A stretch of 50,881 bases of DNA from an uncultured Candidatus Saccharibacteria bacterium (GTDB taxonomy: Bacteria > Patescibacteriota > Saccharimonadia > Saccharimonadales > Saccharimonadaceae). The stretch lies in NCBI GenBank assembly GCA_937958235.1, contig CALFGG010000050.1, forward strand, positions 1 to 50,881, in the 5' to 3' direction. Under the pieces are notes generated by a model. It was not told the DNA's origin, searched no databases, and saw only the letters and a list, made by a program, of their open reading frames with translations. The position numbers and the translations under genes are program-made. Below, in pieces: positions 41,979 to 50,881 of this stretch; within the stretch, counting starts at the first letter, position 1, and the number at the start of each line of letters is the position of its first letter.

Positions 41979-44198
41979 TTAGAAATCATCTGGAAAAGGG
42001 TCGACCTCATCATATTCAATATCGTCATTGAATGGGTCAAAGGAGCGAGAATTATTGGACTGGCTGAAATTACGTGAGTTATAAGGACTGTATGAGTCAT
42101 ACGGGTTATACGAATTATGGGATTGCGAAGTATTTTGTGAACTATACGGATCGTAGCCCAACTCAATCAGAAAACGTGATGGCATGTTATAACTGAGCTG
42201 TCCGTTCGAAAAACGGGAGCCGGCGTAAGTTAAAATAAGTAACTTTCTAGCCCTAGTCATTCCTACATAAGCTAAGCGACGTTCTTCCTCAATTGCCTCT
42301 TCATCATCAGAGCGAGAGCTCGGGAAAAGGCCCTCTTCAAGCCCCACTAGGAAGACGGCCGGAAATTCAAGACCCTTAGCAGCATGAATAGTCATGAGAG
42401 TGACGAAGTTGGTCGAGGTCTGTTCATCGGCGGAAGACATGAGGCTGGCTTCAGCAAGAAAATCCTCGAGAGCATCAAATTCACTGGCGTTACCAATCAT
42501 AGTATTGAGGTTTTCGGCTCTTTCGTCACCAGTTGGGGTACCATCTCGAAGAGATTCAACTAAACCAAAATAATGGATAGCCTGCTCTGTGATTTCGGCC
42601 GGCTTGAGTGACAGATCAAGATCGCGCAAAAAATTCTGCAGCCTAGCAAAGCTATTTTTGGCTTTACCAGAAAGAGTATCAGAGAGGCCGGTGTCAAGTA
42701 GGGCGTTATTTTTCCCTTGTGCAGACTGATCATAGCCTTCGGATTGATTTAAGAAGGTGTGAATTTTTTCAAGGCTGGCTGGACCAATACCGGATAATAA
42801 ATTGCGACAAATTCGATCAAGACTGATGCGATCATGGAAATTGACAATCAATTTCAGGACCGCCAGAACATCTTTGACTTCCTTGCGATCATAGAAGCGT
42901 ACTCCACCAATAATCTTGTAGGGAATTTGGTGAGAAATCAGGGCTTTTTCAATAGCATAGGATTGCGCATTGGTACGATAAAGGACGGCAAAATCAGAGT
43001 AGCTGGTAAAATCTTTAACTAACTCGCCATTTTGCATGGTGGTTTTAGAATTTGCCAGAAGATTGATGATTTTCAGTGCGACATAGTTTGCCTCGGCGGT
43101 TTCATCCATCATAGATTCAATTTCAATAGGCTCACCATCGCCAGCAGTAGTAAATAATTCCTTATCCGTGCGAGTTTTATTTTGATTAATGATTTTCTGA
43201 CTAGCCGTTAAAATATTGCCAGTACTGCGGTAATTTTGCTCCAGCTTAATAGTTTTAGCGCCTGGAAAATCACGCTCAAAATTTAAAATGTTGGTAAAAT
43301 CTGCACCGCGCCAGGAATAAATCGACTGCCAGTCATCACCGACTACACAGATATTCCTATCTTGGTTAACTAAGGCCTTAACCAAACGATACTGAATCTG
43401 ATTGGTGTCCTGATACTCATCAATCAAAATATGCTCAAAACGATTTTGCCAGCGTTCACGCACTTCACGATGTTTTTCAAAGAGGTGAGTAACCTCAAGT
43501 AGCAGGTCATCAAAATCTAAGGCAAAGGAATCGCGTTTTAGTTTCTCATAGCGAGCGAAGATTTTGGCGGTTTTAACCTGATTCGGATAATATGCCTCTT
43601 CTTCAAATTCCTCTGGAGTTTGCCCAATATTCTTACAGTGAGAGATGGTGCCTTGAACAGATTTTGGTCGCAGACTTTTGTCGTCAATTTTGAGATCCTT
43701 CATGGCTTGTTTGATAAGAGAGATCTGATCGTCAGTATCGTAGATGACGAAATTCTTATCTAGTCCAGCAGCTTGATGTTCGATACGCAGGATTTTGACG
43801 CAGATTCCGTGAAAAGTCCCCATATAGTTCATAAAGCTACGAGGAGGATCAGTGAAGCCGTCAAGATCTGTATCTTGACCCAGCGTGGAGTCAGAAGCAA
43901 GGAGGGCAGTATTATCCGCAACGATATCGTCGGAAAGCTGTGGAGTAAGATAGGCGTTTGAACGAGATTGCTGAAGTAGCCTCCATAAGCGCTCGCGCAT
44001 TTCCCTGGCGGCTTTGTTAGTAAAAGTGACAGCTAGAATACGCTCTCCTGGAATGCCATGAGAAATTAAGTTAGCAATGCGATGTGTTAAGGTTTTAGTC
44101 TTACCAGAACCAGCGCCAGCCAAAATCAAAAGTGGCCCAGTTAAAGTTTCTACTGCTTCTTTTTGAGCAGGATTTAGTCCCTCCGTAAAAATATTCAT
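41979..44198 (-). CDS. pcrA: UvrD/PcrA SF1 DNA helicase
   Basis: AGAGSGKT, TFTNKAA, DEYQD, GDDWQSIY, QNYRS, TIHAAKGLEF, EERRLAYV. Confidence 0.96.
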   Translation of the reverse strand: MNIFTEGLNPAQKEAVETLTGPLLILAGAGSGKTKTLTHRIANLISHGIPGERILAVTFTNKAAREMRERLWRLLQQSRSNAYLTPQLSDDIVADNTALLASDSTLGQDTDLDGFTDPPRSFMNYMGTFHGICVKILRIEHQAAGLDKNFVIYDTDDQISLIKQAMKDLKIDDKSLRPKSVQGTISHCKNIGQTPEEFEEEAYYPNQVKTAKIFARYEKLKRDSFALDFDDLLLEVTHLFEKHREVRERWQNRFEHILIDEYQDTNQIQYRLVKALVNQDRNICVVGDDWQSIYSWRGADFTNILNFERDFPGAKTIKLEQNYRSTGNILTASQKIINQNKTRTDKELFTTAGDGEPIEIESMMDETAEANYVALKIINLLANSKTTMQNGELVKDFTSYSDFAVLYRTNAQSYAIEKALISHQIPYKIIGGVRFYDRKEVKDVLAVLKLIVNFHDRISLDRICRNLLSGIGPASLEKIHTFLNQSEGYDQSAQGKNNALLDTGLSDTLSGKAKNSFARLQNFLRDLDLSLKPAEITEQAIHYFGLVESLRDGTPTGDERAENLNTMIGNASEFDALEDFLAEASLMSSADEQTSTNFVTLMTIHAAKGLEFPAVFLVGLEEGLFPSSRSDDEEAIEEERRLAYVGMTRARKLLILTYAGSRFSNGQLSYNMPSRFLIELGYDPYSSQNTSQSHNSYNPYDSYSPYNSRNFSQSNNSRSFDPFNDDIEYDEVDPFPDDF

Positions 44199-45043
44199 AC
44201 TTTGATTATATCACTATAAGTTAAGTCAATATTGTGATTAGAGACTGGGGCCTGCAAGAGAAAGGAAATGAAGAAGAAAATCAGGATAAAGCAAAAGGCA
44301 AGTAGGCGACCGCCAACACTCGAATAAAAGAAGTAGCCGATAATCAAGAAAATTAGAAAGACGATGATTGGAAGATTGAGGACAAGGAAATGAAGAGCGG
44401 AGTTGCTTTGGTAGAGGTTTGTGTTGGCATGACTAATAGAAATTAGCTGGCGATAATAAACCTCAACCATGGGCGAGATAAAGTTTGCAAGAACTTGGGG
44501 ATGAACTGAGAGACGCTCCTTTGAAAGTAACTGGTCGATTTTAGCAGCCATACTATTGCTAATCTGAGTCTTAATGCTATTAAAATTATCTTGACCAGAA
44601 AACCTGAGATCAAGAAAACGATTTAAGTGCGTAATATAGGTTTCTTGGTTAATACTTTGCTCTAGAATTTCCGTAAAATAATCATTGAGATATTTTAACT
44701 GCATAAAAACTATGCCCTCCTTAAGATCAGAATCTTGAAGTTGGCTGATTTTTTTATAAAAATCAGTAGTAAATTGCTCAGAGAATTCCTCAGTTTTTGC
44801 CTGAGTGCCATAGTATTTTTCCGTCACCTGACGACGAGTACTGGTGACTAGGTTCGAATAGTAGCCCTTCTTGCTGGCAAGATATTTTTTTACATAATTA
44901 GCATTCTGTTCGGTCTGATTGATTTGGCAACAAACACCCGCGAATATCGCTGCAATCAAAATAAAGCTGCTAAAGATAAGTTTAGAGATTTTGATTTCAG
45001 AAATAAATTCCTCGATATTCTGGAGTTTGAATACCTGTAACAT
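44195..45043 (-). CDS. Membrane protein of unknown function
   Basis: N-terminal TM, soluble middle, two C-terminal TMs; ATG 45043 follows TGTTATAAT-N6 and avoids overlap with murA. Confidence 0.75.
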   Translation of the reverse strand: MLQVFKLQNIEEFISEIKISKLIFSSFILIAAIFAGVCCQINQTEQNANYVKKYLASKKGYYSNLVTSTRRQVTEKYYGTQAKTEEFSEQFTTDFYKKISQLQDSDLKEGIVFMQLKYLNDYFTEILEQSINQETYITHLNRFLDLRFSGQDNFNSIKTQISNSMAAKIDQLLSKERLSVHPQVLANFISPMVEVYYRQLISISHANTNLYQSNSALHFLVLNLPIIVFLIFLIIGYFFYSSVGGRLLAFCFILIFFFISFLLQAPVSNHNIDLTYSDIIKV

Positions 45044-45062
45044 ATGTCGATTATAACATAAG

Positions 45063-46613
45063 CTAAATGCCGGAGACTGGACGAATATCGGCGCCAAGAT
45101 GATTAAGGCGCTTGGCAAAATTCTGATAGCCACGATTGATGGAATAGACATTACGTAAAATCGAGACACCAGGAGCGGCTAGCATGGCGATTAGCACTAC
45201 GACGGCAGGTCGGAGAGCTGGAGGAGCGACAAGCTCTGCAGCGCGCCAGTTGGTTGGGCCTTCGACATAGACGCGGTGAGCGTCAAGTAACTCAATTTTG
45301 GCGTTAAGATTGGAAAGATAGGTCGAATAGATAGCACGATTCTCGAAGACCCAGTCATGTATTAACGTGCGGCCGGTAGCTGTGGCAGCGATTACACTAA
45401 AGAAAGGTAGGTTATCAATATTGAGACCTGGAAATGGCATTGGATGAATCTTATCTGTTGGTGCAACGAGATCAGATTTATGAATCGTTAAATCAACGAG
45501 ACGGGTTTCGCCATTAAAGGAGCGGTATTCCTCTGAACGATCAATCCGAGCGTGCATGGTATGAAGTACCTCAAGCTCGATTTCAAGAAATTCGACAGGA
45601 GCACGGCTGATAGTGATTTCAGATTTAGTAACGAGGGCGGCAGCGATGAAAGACATTGCTTCGATCGGATCCTCACTAGGATAATAGTCGACATCCTCAT
45701 CAATTTTTTCGAGACCCTCAATTTCAAGAGTAGTTGAGCCGATTCCTTCAATTTTAACCCCAAGTTTTTGTAGGAAGAAACAGACATCCTGCACCATATA
45801 ATTCGGAGAGGCACCAATGATGGTGGTCTTGCCAGGATAGAGAGCGGCGGCCATGAGAACGTTTTCAGTTACGGTGTCACCACGTTCAATCAGAACAATA
45901 CGTTTATTTGTCTCGCTCTGAAGTTCAGCCTGGTTTACAGTTGCCTCATAAAAGCCAGCATTACATTTGGCATCAACTTCAAGACCAAAAGCAGAAAGAG
46001 CTTTAAGATGCGGATCGACAGTGCGAGTACCTAGAGAACAACCACCAGCATAAGGTAGTTTAAAGTTTTGATAGCGATGAAGGAGGGGGCCTAGGAACAT
46101 GATGATGGAGCGGGTTTTACGAGCGGCATCAAGATCCAATTCATCCATTTTTAATTCGCGTGGTGTAATAATTTCAAGATCGCGACGACGGTTGAACCAG
46201 CGACATTTCACGCCAATTGACTCGAGAACTTCGATAATACGAAAGACTTCTTCGATACGAGCAACATGATGAAGTACGGTGCGACCACGGTTTAATAGAC
46301 TGGCGCAAAGCAAACCAACGGCAGCATTTTTGGAAGTATTAATGGTGATGGTGCCACTTAAAGTGCGACCACCATTAACCCGAAAAGATTGAGATGAGGA
46401 GTCATTAATAGAGAGGATCTGACCGCCGAGGGCTGAGGAGACCTTCTTGATCATTTCAAGCGAAGTATTCTGATCACCTTTTTCTATGCGGTGGATAGCA
46501 GATTGTGAGGTGCCAATCATATTCGCGAGTTGAGCCTGAGTCAGGCCCTTTTCGCGACGCATATTCGAAACAACTAGACCAATTTCCTCTTGGTATGTGC
46601 GTGGTTTTGCCAT
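45063..46613 (-). CDS. murA: UDP-GlcNAc 1-carboxyvinyltransferase with N-terminal XRE HTH
   Basis: LTQAQLA..IGTSQSAIHRIEKG HTH; SKNAA, GGCSLGTR (active-site Cys), PFPG. Confidence 0.94.
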   Translation of the reverse strand: MAKPRTYQEEIGLVVSNMRREKGLTQAQLANMIGTSQSAIHRIEKGDQNTSLEMIKKVSSALGGQILSINDSSSQSFRVNGGRTLSGTITINTSKNAAVGLLCASLLNRGRTVLHHVARIEEVFRIIEVLESIGVKCRWFNRRRDLEIITPRELKMDELDLDAARKTRSIIMFLGPLLHRYQNFKLPYAGGCSLGTRTVDPHLKALSAFGLEVDAKCNAGFYEATVNQAELQSETNKRIVLIERGDTVTENVLMAAALYPGKTTIIGASPNYMVQDVCFFLQKLGVKIEGIGSTTLEIEGLEKIDEDVDYYPSEDPIEAMSFIAAALVTKSEITISRAPVEFLEIELEVLHTMHARIDRSEEYRSFNGETRLVDLTIHKSDLVAPTDKIHPMPFPGLNIDNLPFFSVIAATATGRTLIHDWVFENRAIYSTYLSNLNAKIELLDAHRVYVEGPTNWRAAELVAPPALRPAVVVLIAMLAAPGVSILRNVYSINRGYQNFAKRLNHLGADIRPVSGI

Positions 46614-46681
46614 AATTCTCCTTTGTAAAATATTCTTGTGGTGATATTTTCGATGCCGATAATAGCAAGTTGGGGTTTAAT

Positions 46682-47533
46682 TTATTTCTGCTTAGCTTGA
46701 TAGCCAGTGACGACATTATTGGCGTGAACCCAACCTTCAACAGAGCCGCCGTCGAGATACTCACCAGTGGTGGGAGCGACACGCATAATACCGCCTTCTT
46801 TGATATATTCGTCGATTGGATCGGTTACTAAATATTCCTGATCGAGGGGACCGAAGTCATGAGACTTGACATAATTAACAACACGACGTAGAAGATCGCG
46901 AGACATAATGTATTTACTAACATTAATCATATTCGAAGGAGCTTCCTCTATGCTTGGTTTTTCAACAACATCAACAAGTTTGCCATCTTGGACACTGAGA
47001 ACACCATATTTGTCGACTTTTTCGCGAGGAATTTCAACACCTAGAATAGCTGATTCATCTTCACTTTGCAGTGAATGAATAAGAGATTCGGCGGCAGATT
47101 CACCGTCTGGATTCCAGACAAAATCGTCACCCATGAAGACAAGGACTGGCTCATCAAGATTATATTCCTCGACAACTAGGGCAATAGGAACTGCAGTGCC
47201 ATAACGACCGGCTGGATCTTGAGTGGTGTAGTGAATTTTGACGTGATCTGGAAGAGTCTTTGCAAGAGCTAGACGATCAGCCTTGCCACGTTCGACAAGA
47301 TAGTCATTTAAAGCTAGATTATCGCGGTAGAATTCCTGAACCTGACAAGGCTCAACATTACTGATGACCATATAGATATCGGTGATACCGGCCTTGATTA
47401 ACTCTTGTACCGAATAATCGACAAGAGGTCGGTTACCGACAGGAAGCATTGATTTTTCAATAATTTTTGTAATTGGAAGACGGCGAGTGCCCCATCCAGC
47501 TACTGGAATGATTGCTTTCGTAATCTTTTGCAT
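46682..47533 (-). CDS. galU: GalU-like sugar-phosphate nucleotidyltransferase
   Basis: KAIIPVAGWGTR.LP.TK, MGDD, KYGV, VEKP. Confidence 0.8.
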   Translation of the reverse strand: MQKITKAIIPVAGWGTRRLPITKIIEKSMLPVGNRPLVDYSVQELIKAGITDIYMVISNVEPCQVQEFYRDNLALNDYLVERGKADRLALAKTLPDHVKIHYTTQDPAGRYGTAVPIALVVEEYNLDEPVLVFMGDDFVWNPDGESAAESLIHSLQSEDESAILGVEIPREKVDKYGVLSVQDGKLVDVVEKPSIEEAPSNMINVSKYIMSRDLLRRVVNYVKSHDFGPLDQEYLVTDPIDEYIKEGGIMRVAPTTGEYLDGGSVEGWVHANNVVTGYQAKQK

Positions 47534-47639
47534 AATAGCTCCTTTATTCCCACCAAAAAAATTGTCTTTTTTCTTTGCTGATTATATCACATAATGAATA
47601 TTTTGCTAGAATTTTTATAGCTTTTATACCCAGCAGAAG

Positions 47640-49289
47640 CTAGATTAGAGGCTGGCGCCAGGACTCTGGAAGGTCAGAAATACCAAAAAGCTTAGCAATG
47701 GTTGGTGCAACATTAGATAATCCAGCATCCGCGAGCTGCTGTGGCTGATATTTCTTTTGATTTTCGGTATTGTCATAGAACCAGCATGGAACAGGGTTAA
47801 GAGTATGCGAGGTCTTTGGCTTTTGAGTGATTGGATCAAAAACTTCCTCGGCGTTACCGTGGTCAGCGGTAATAATCATCATACCACCAAGTTCGTCAAC
47901 CTTCTTAGCTAGACGAGCAAGCTGGATATCAATAGCCTCCATGGCAGCAATGGTGGGCTCGAGTTCACCAAAGTGGCCAACCATATCACCACCCGCATAA
48001 TTAATACGGATGAATTGGTATTTGGGTTTACCTGATTCATCGGTTTCAGACATTTTATCTAAAACTTCGTCAGTAATTTCAGCTGCTTTCATCCATGGAC
48101 GTTCGTTGAATGGCCTGGTATCGGATTTAATTTCGAGAAAATCTTCGCCTGGTGCTTTATCGTAGCTATTACCATTAAAATAATAGGTGATGTGTCCAAA
48201 TTTAACAGTCTCGGCGACGGCAAGCTGATTTATATGATTTGCAGCAAGAAGTTGGTTGAGCGGATTTTTAATAGTGATTGGGGTAACTAGACAATGCTCT
48301 GGAAGATGAAGGTCGGAATCATATTCGGTCATGCCAGCAAAGAAAACATTGAGGGGGCGATTATTTTCGGTGCCACGGTCAAAACCATGGAAGTCTTGCT
48401 CGGTGAAGGCTTTGGCAGTTTCAATGGCGCGGTCTGCCCGAAAACTATAGAAAATAAAACTATCGCCGTCTTTGACTAAACCAACCGGACGATTTTTATC
48501 AGGTTGACCATCTGAATTTGCTTCTGTGATAACAAAACTTGGAAAATATTGGTCCTGCAAATTTGGATCTTTTGAGTGATTTTCTTTAATGGCTTGCATG
48601 GCAGAAGTAAAATACTGATCAGCCCTACCATAGACCATGGCATCCCAACCAGTTTTAACAATACTCCAATCAGCCTCATAACGGTCGGCCAAAAAGAGCA
48701 TGCGTCCGCCACCACAGGCGATTTGATAATCAAGAGGAAGGTCTGAGATGGATTTTAGTTCAGCTATTTTATCCTCGAGAAGCTGGATGTAGTGGTCTGC
48801 AGACTGAGGTGGAACGTCACGACCATCTAAGATAAGATGGATGCGAACTTTTGTTATTCCTTCTTTTTGCGCCTGCTCCAGTATCTTAAAAAGCTGAAAG
48901 ATTGAACTATGAACACCACCATCAGAGAAGATGCCAGAAAAATGTAGGGTGGAGTGATTTTGCTTGACATTGCCGATAGCGCCGCGCCAGGCTTCGGTTT
49001 GCCAAATAGCGCCAGTATTAAAATCATCCTCGATTTTAGCAATACCCTGCTTGATAATTTGACCGGCACCAAGAGCGTTATGTCCAACTTCAGAGTTGCC
49101 CATCTGTCCTTTTAGGATACCGACAGCTTCACCGGAAGCCTTGAGAGAGACCCAAGGATATTTATCAAAAAGCTGATCAATGAACTCAGAATGAGACTGC
49201 ACGACGGCATTTCCGTATTCGTCGTTTCTGAGGCCGACGCCATCAAGTACAGCTAAAACAATTGGTCCATCATAATGTAGATTATTCAT
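47640..49289 (-). CDS. gpmI: 2,3-bisphosphoglycerate-independent phosphoglycerate mutase
   Basis: LDG, GNSEVGH, SDGGVHS, DGRD, DMVGH, TADHGN. Confidence 0.97.
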   Translation of the reverse strand: MNNLHYDGPIVLAVLDGVGLRNDEYGNAVVQSHSEFIDQLFDKYPWVSLKASGEAVGILKGQMGNSEVGHNALGAGQIIKQGIAKIEDDFNTGAIWQTEAWRGAIGNVKQNHSTLHFSGIFSDGGVHSSIFQLFKILEQAQKEGITKVRIHLILDGRDVPPQSADHYIQLLEDKIAELKSISDLPLDYQIACGGGRMLFLADRYEADWSIVKTGWDAMVYGRADQYFTSAMQAIKENHSKDPNLQDQYFPSFVITEANSDGQPDKNRPVGLVKDGDSFIFYSFRADRAIETAKAFTEQDFHGFDRGTENNRPLNVFFAGMTEYDSDLHLPEHCLVTPITIKNPLNQLLAANHINQLAVAETVKFGHITYYFNGNSYDKAPGEDFLEIKSDTRPFNERPWMKAAEITDEVLDKMSETDESGKPKYQFIRINYAGGDMVGHFGELEPTIAAMEAIDIQLARLAKKVDELGGMMIITADHGNAEEVFDPITQKPKTSHTLNPVPCWFYDNTENQKKYQPQQLADAGLSNVAPTIAKLFGISDLPESWRQPLI

Positions 49290-49366
49290 GATTTTAGTAT
49301 AGCATAAGAGGGTTAGGGTAGAGGATTCTGGATAGTACTAGCGGTTTTAACAGATTGTTGAGGTGA

Positions 49367-49897
49367 CTAAAATTTTAGAACGTCACAGTTATTGACGTCG
49401 ATTCCGATATTTTGATATAGCTCCGCGTGATTGGCTGAGATAATATCTTGTGGGTTAAAGCCAAGCTTACTAGTGATATTATAGATATCTTCTTCTTTTT
49501 CAACCTCTATTTCTAGTAAATATCCAAGTTTTGGCCAGTGATCGATGGAGAGCTTGGCGCCATGATACTCATATTCATCACGGGTATTTTCTTGATAAGA
49601 ACGGTGTTTGATGCCGGTTTTTTCTAAAATCTCTAAAGTAGTCTCAAAATCAGAGACCTCAATCTCCCACTCTTCAGTGCCAGAAAATGAATCATTACTG
49701 AGTTCTTTGAAGGTAAGAGTGGTTTTATTGCCATCAGTACGTAGGCGCAACCAACGATGAGGAGCGCCTATAGTTGGATCAAAAACGTAACGCCGAAAAT
49801 TATAGAAGCCAAGTGGTTTAGCGCCAATGGCAAGAAGTTTAGCTTTTACTTCCTCTGGATTAATATTTGGGATTCTACCTTCAATTTCGACAGCCAT
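49367..49897 (-). CDS. CYTH (CyaB-like) domain protein
   Basis: EIEGR, LRLRTDG, TLTFK, EWEIEV, LEIE. Confidence 0.88.
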   Translation of the reverse strand: MAVEIEGRIPNINPEEVKAKLLAIGAKPLGFYNFRRYVFDPTIGAPHRWLRLRTDGNKTTLTFKELSNDSFSGTEEWEIEVSDFETTLEILEKTGIKHRSYQENTRDEYEYHGAKLSIDHWPKLGYLLEIEVEKEEDIYNITSKLGFNPQDIISANHAELYQNIGIDVNNCDVLKF

Positions 49898-50038
49898 GTT
49901 TCCTCTTTCTTTTATAATACTATTCTAATTTTACTCTATTTTTATTTTATTTATAATTCTTTCATCTTATGAAATAAACGATGTGAAAGAGTGCGATAAA
50001 TATCTCTCAACCCATGCGGTGTGCTATAATCTGTACAG

Positions 50039-50124
50039 GCCCGAGTGGCGAAACTGGCAGACGCGCTAGCTTCAGGTGCTAGTCTAGTTCCTAGGTGCAG
50101 GTTCAAGTCCTGTCTCGGGCACCA
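50039..50124 (+). tRNA. tRNA-Leu(CAG)
   Basis: GCCCGAG/CTCGGGC acceptor, loop TTCAGGT, variable arm, CCA end; TGCTATAAT upstream. Confidence 0.96.
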
Positions 50125-50235
50125 AAATCATTTAAACGGTTCCGTGTTAGTAAGTTGAACGGCTCTCTATATCTGATAGTGAGCCGATTTTCGTTGTCAA
50201 TTTCGAGTTTAAAGTAGAGCTTTCGGGCTAAAGCC
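50103..50235 (-). pseudogene. Possible 3' remnant of a site-specific recombinase gene reading into the tRNA end
   Basis: Frame KALARKLYFKLEIDNENRLTIRYREPFNLL...GARDRT* terminates inside the tRNA T-arm. Confidence 0.4.
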
Positions 50236-50881
50236 TTACTGTTCATTATTTCTTTCTTTTGTCTTAGCGGATTGCGCCATCTCTTGCACTGTCCAATTAT
50301 CAAAGCAAAACTTATTCGCGTCAATGCCGAGTTCTTTGCAGGAAACTACGACATTCGCTTTTACTTTTTTAGCGAAATCCCTGTCGCTGTTCATCATATA
50401 AGGAATTAAGCGAGTGATACTGTTAGCTAGGTCTGAATTGTGGACTTTCCAAATTAACCCGATTTTTGTATCCGACAAAGTTTTCTGTAGAGTTTTCTCA
50501 TCGATTGAATTTTTACGAATATCAACAAGTGCCTGGTTAAAGTTAGACAACATGTCCTGCCATAATTTATTTGGATCTTCAATTTTTCTATCGCCATGTA
50601 TATTTTGCTGGCGATCATACACGACTTTTTGGCAGATAAATTCTCGCAATGATCTCTTCCGGCCATTCAACTCAACCTGGTCATCTTTATGGGATTTTAC
50701 CCAATCAATGGCAGAATCAGTTACACCTTTCCAGAGCGCTTTAGAACGAAGCGTGTTATAGCTTTCCTTCCCAGTTTCTTGAGGCTCAGAACCATAACCT
50801 ATCCATCCATCGATTTTGCCGGTGGCTTTAGGAGGCTTCCCCACCTTTCCAAATAAATCAGGTTTCTTATCTCGCGCCGAC
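50236..50881 (-). CDS. Hypothetical protein, 5' end outside the window
   Basis: Frame stays open from the GTG at 50844 to the window edge (SARDKKPDLFGK...). Confidence 0.75.
   Translation of the reverse strand, partial: SARDKKPDLFGKVGKPPKATGKIDGWIGYGSEPQETGKESYNTLRSKALWKGVTDSAIDWVKSHKDDQVELNGRKRSLREFICQKVVYDRQQNIHGDRKIEDPNKLWQDMLSNFNQALVDIRKNSIDEKTLQKTLSDTKIGLIWKVHNSDLANSITRLIPYMMNSDRDFAKKVKANVVVSCKELGIDANKFCFDNWTVQEMAQSAKTKERNNEQ

Overview
Chromosomal segment of a small-genome bacterium. Gene content and protein style (alpha2 GlyRS, exonuclease I, XRE-MurA, class I aldolase fusion, LemA/HtpX, DUF285 surface protein) suggest Candidatus Saccharibacteria (TM7, Patescibacteria); this assignment is inferred, not searched. 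Standard code 11 fits. Most genes are on the minus strand and are housekeeping: ligA, hisS, glyQS, recO, xseAB, rpmA, uvrA, sbcB, pheST, metG, rsmA, pcrA, murA, galU, gpmI, plus five tRNAs. No CRISPR array, reverse transcriptase or intact transposase was seen. The main signals are mostly outside the ORF track. (1) A G9 tract puts the upstream start of the DUF285 surface gene out of frame, a likely phase-variation OFF state. (2) A standalone ~150-nt structured RNA candidate has its own promoter and terminator. (3) An orphan membrane gene is framed by four AGGAGGGG repeats, two of which bracket a perfect sigma70 promoter. (4) A CxxC membrane protein appears to start at ATT and is coupled to a DsbA-like gene. 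(5) Seven genes show a TGnTAnnnT-N6-ATG leaderless layout. (6) tRNA-Gly carries U19-A56 and A73. (7) LigA lacks its zinc-finger cysteines. (8) A recombinase-like remnant abuts tRNA-Leu at the right edge.
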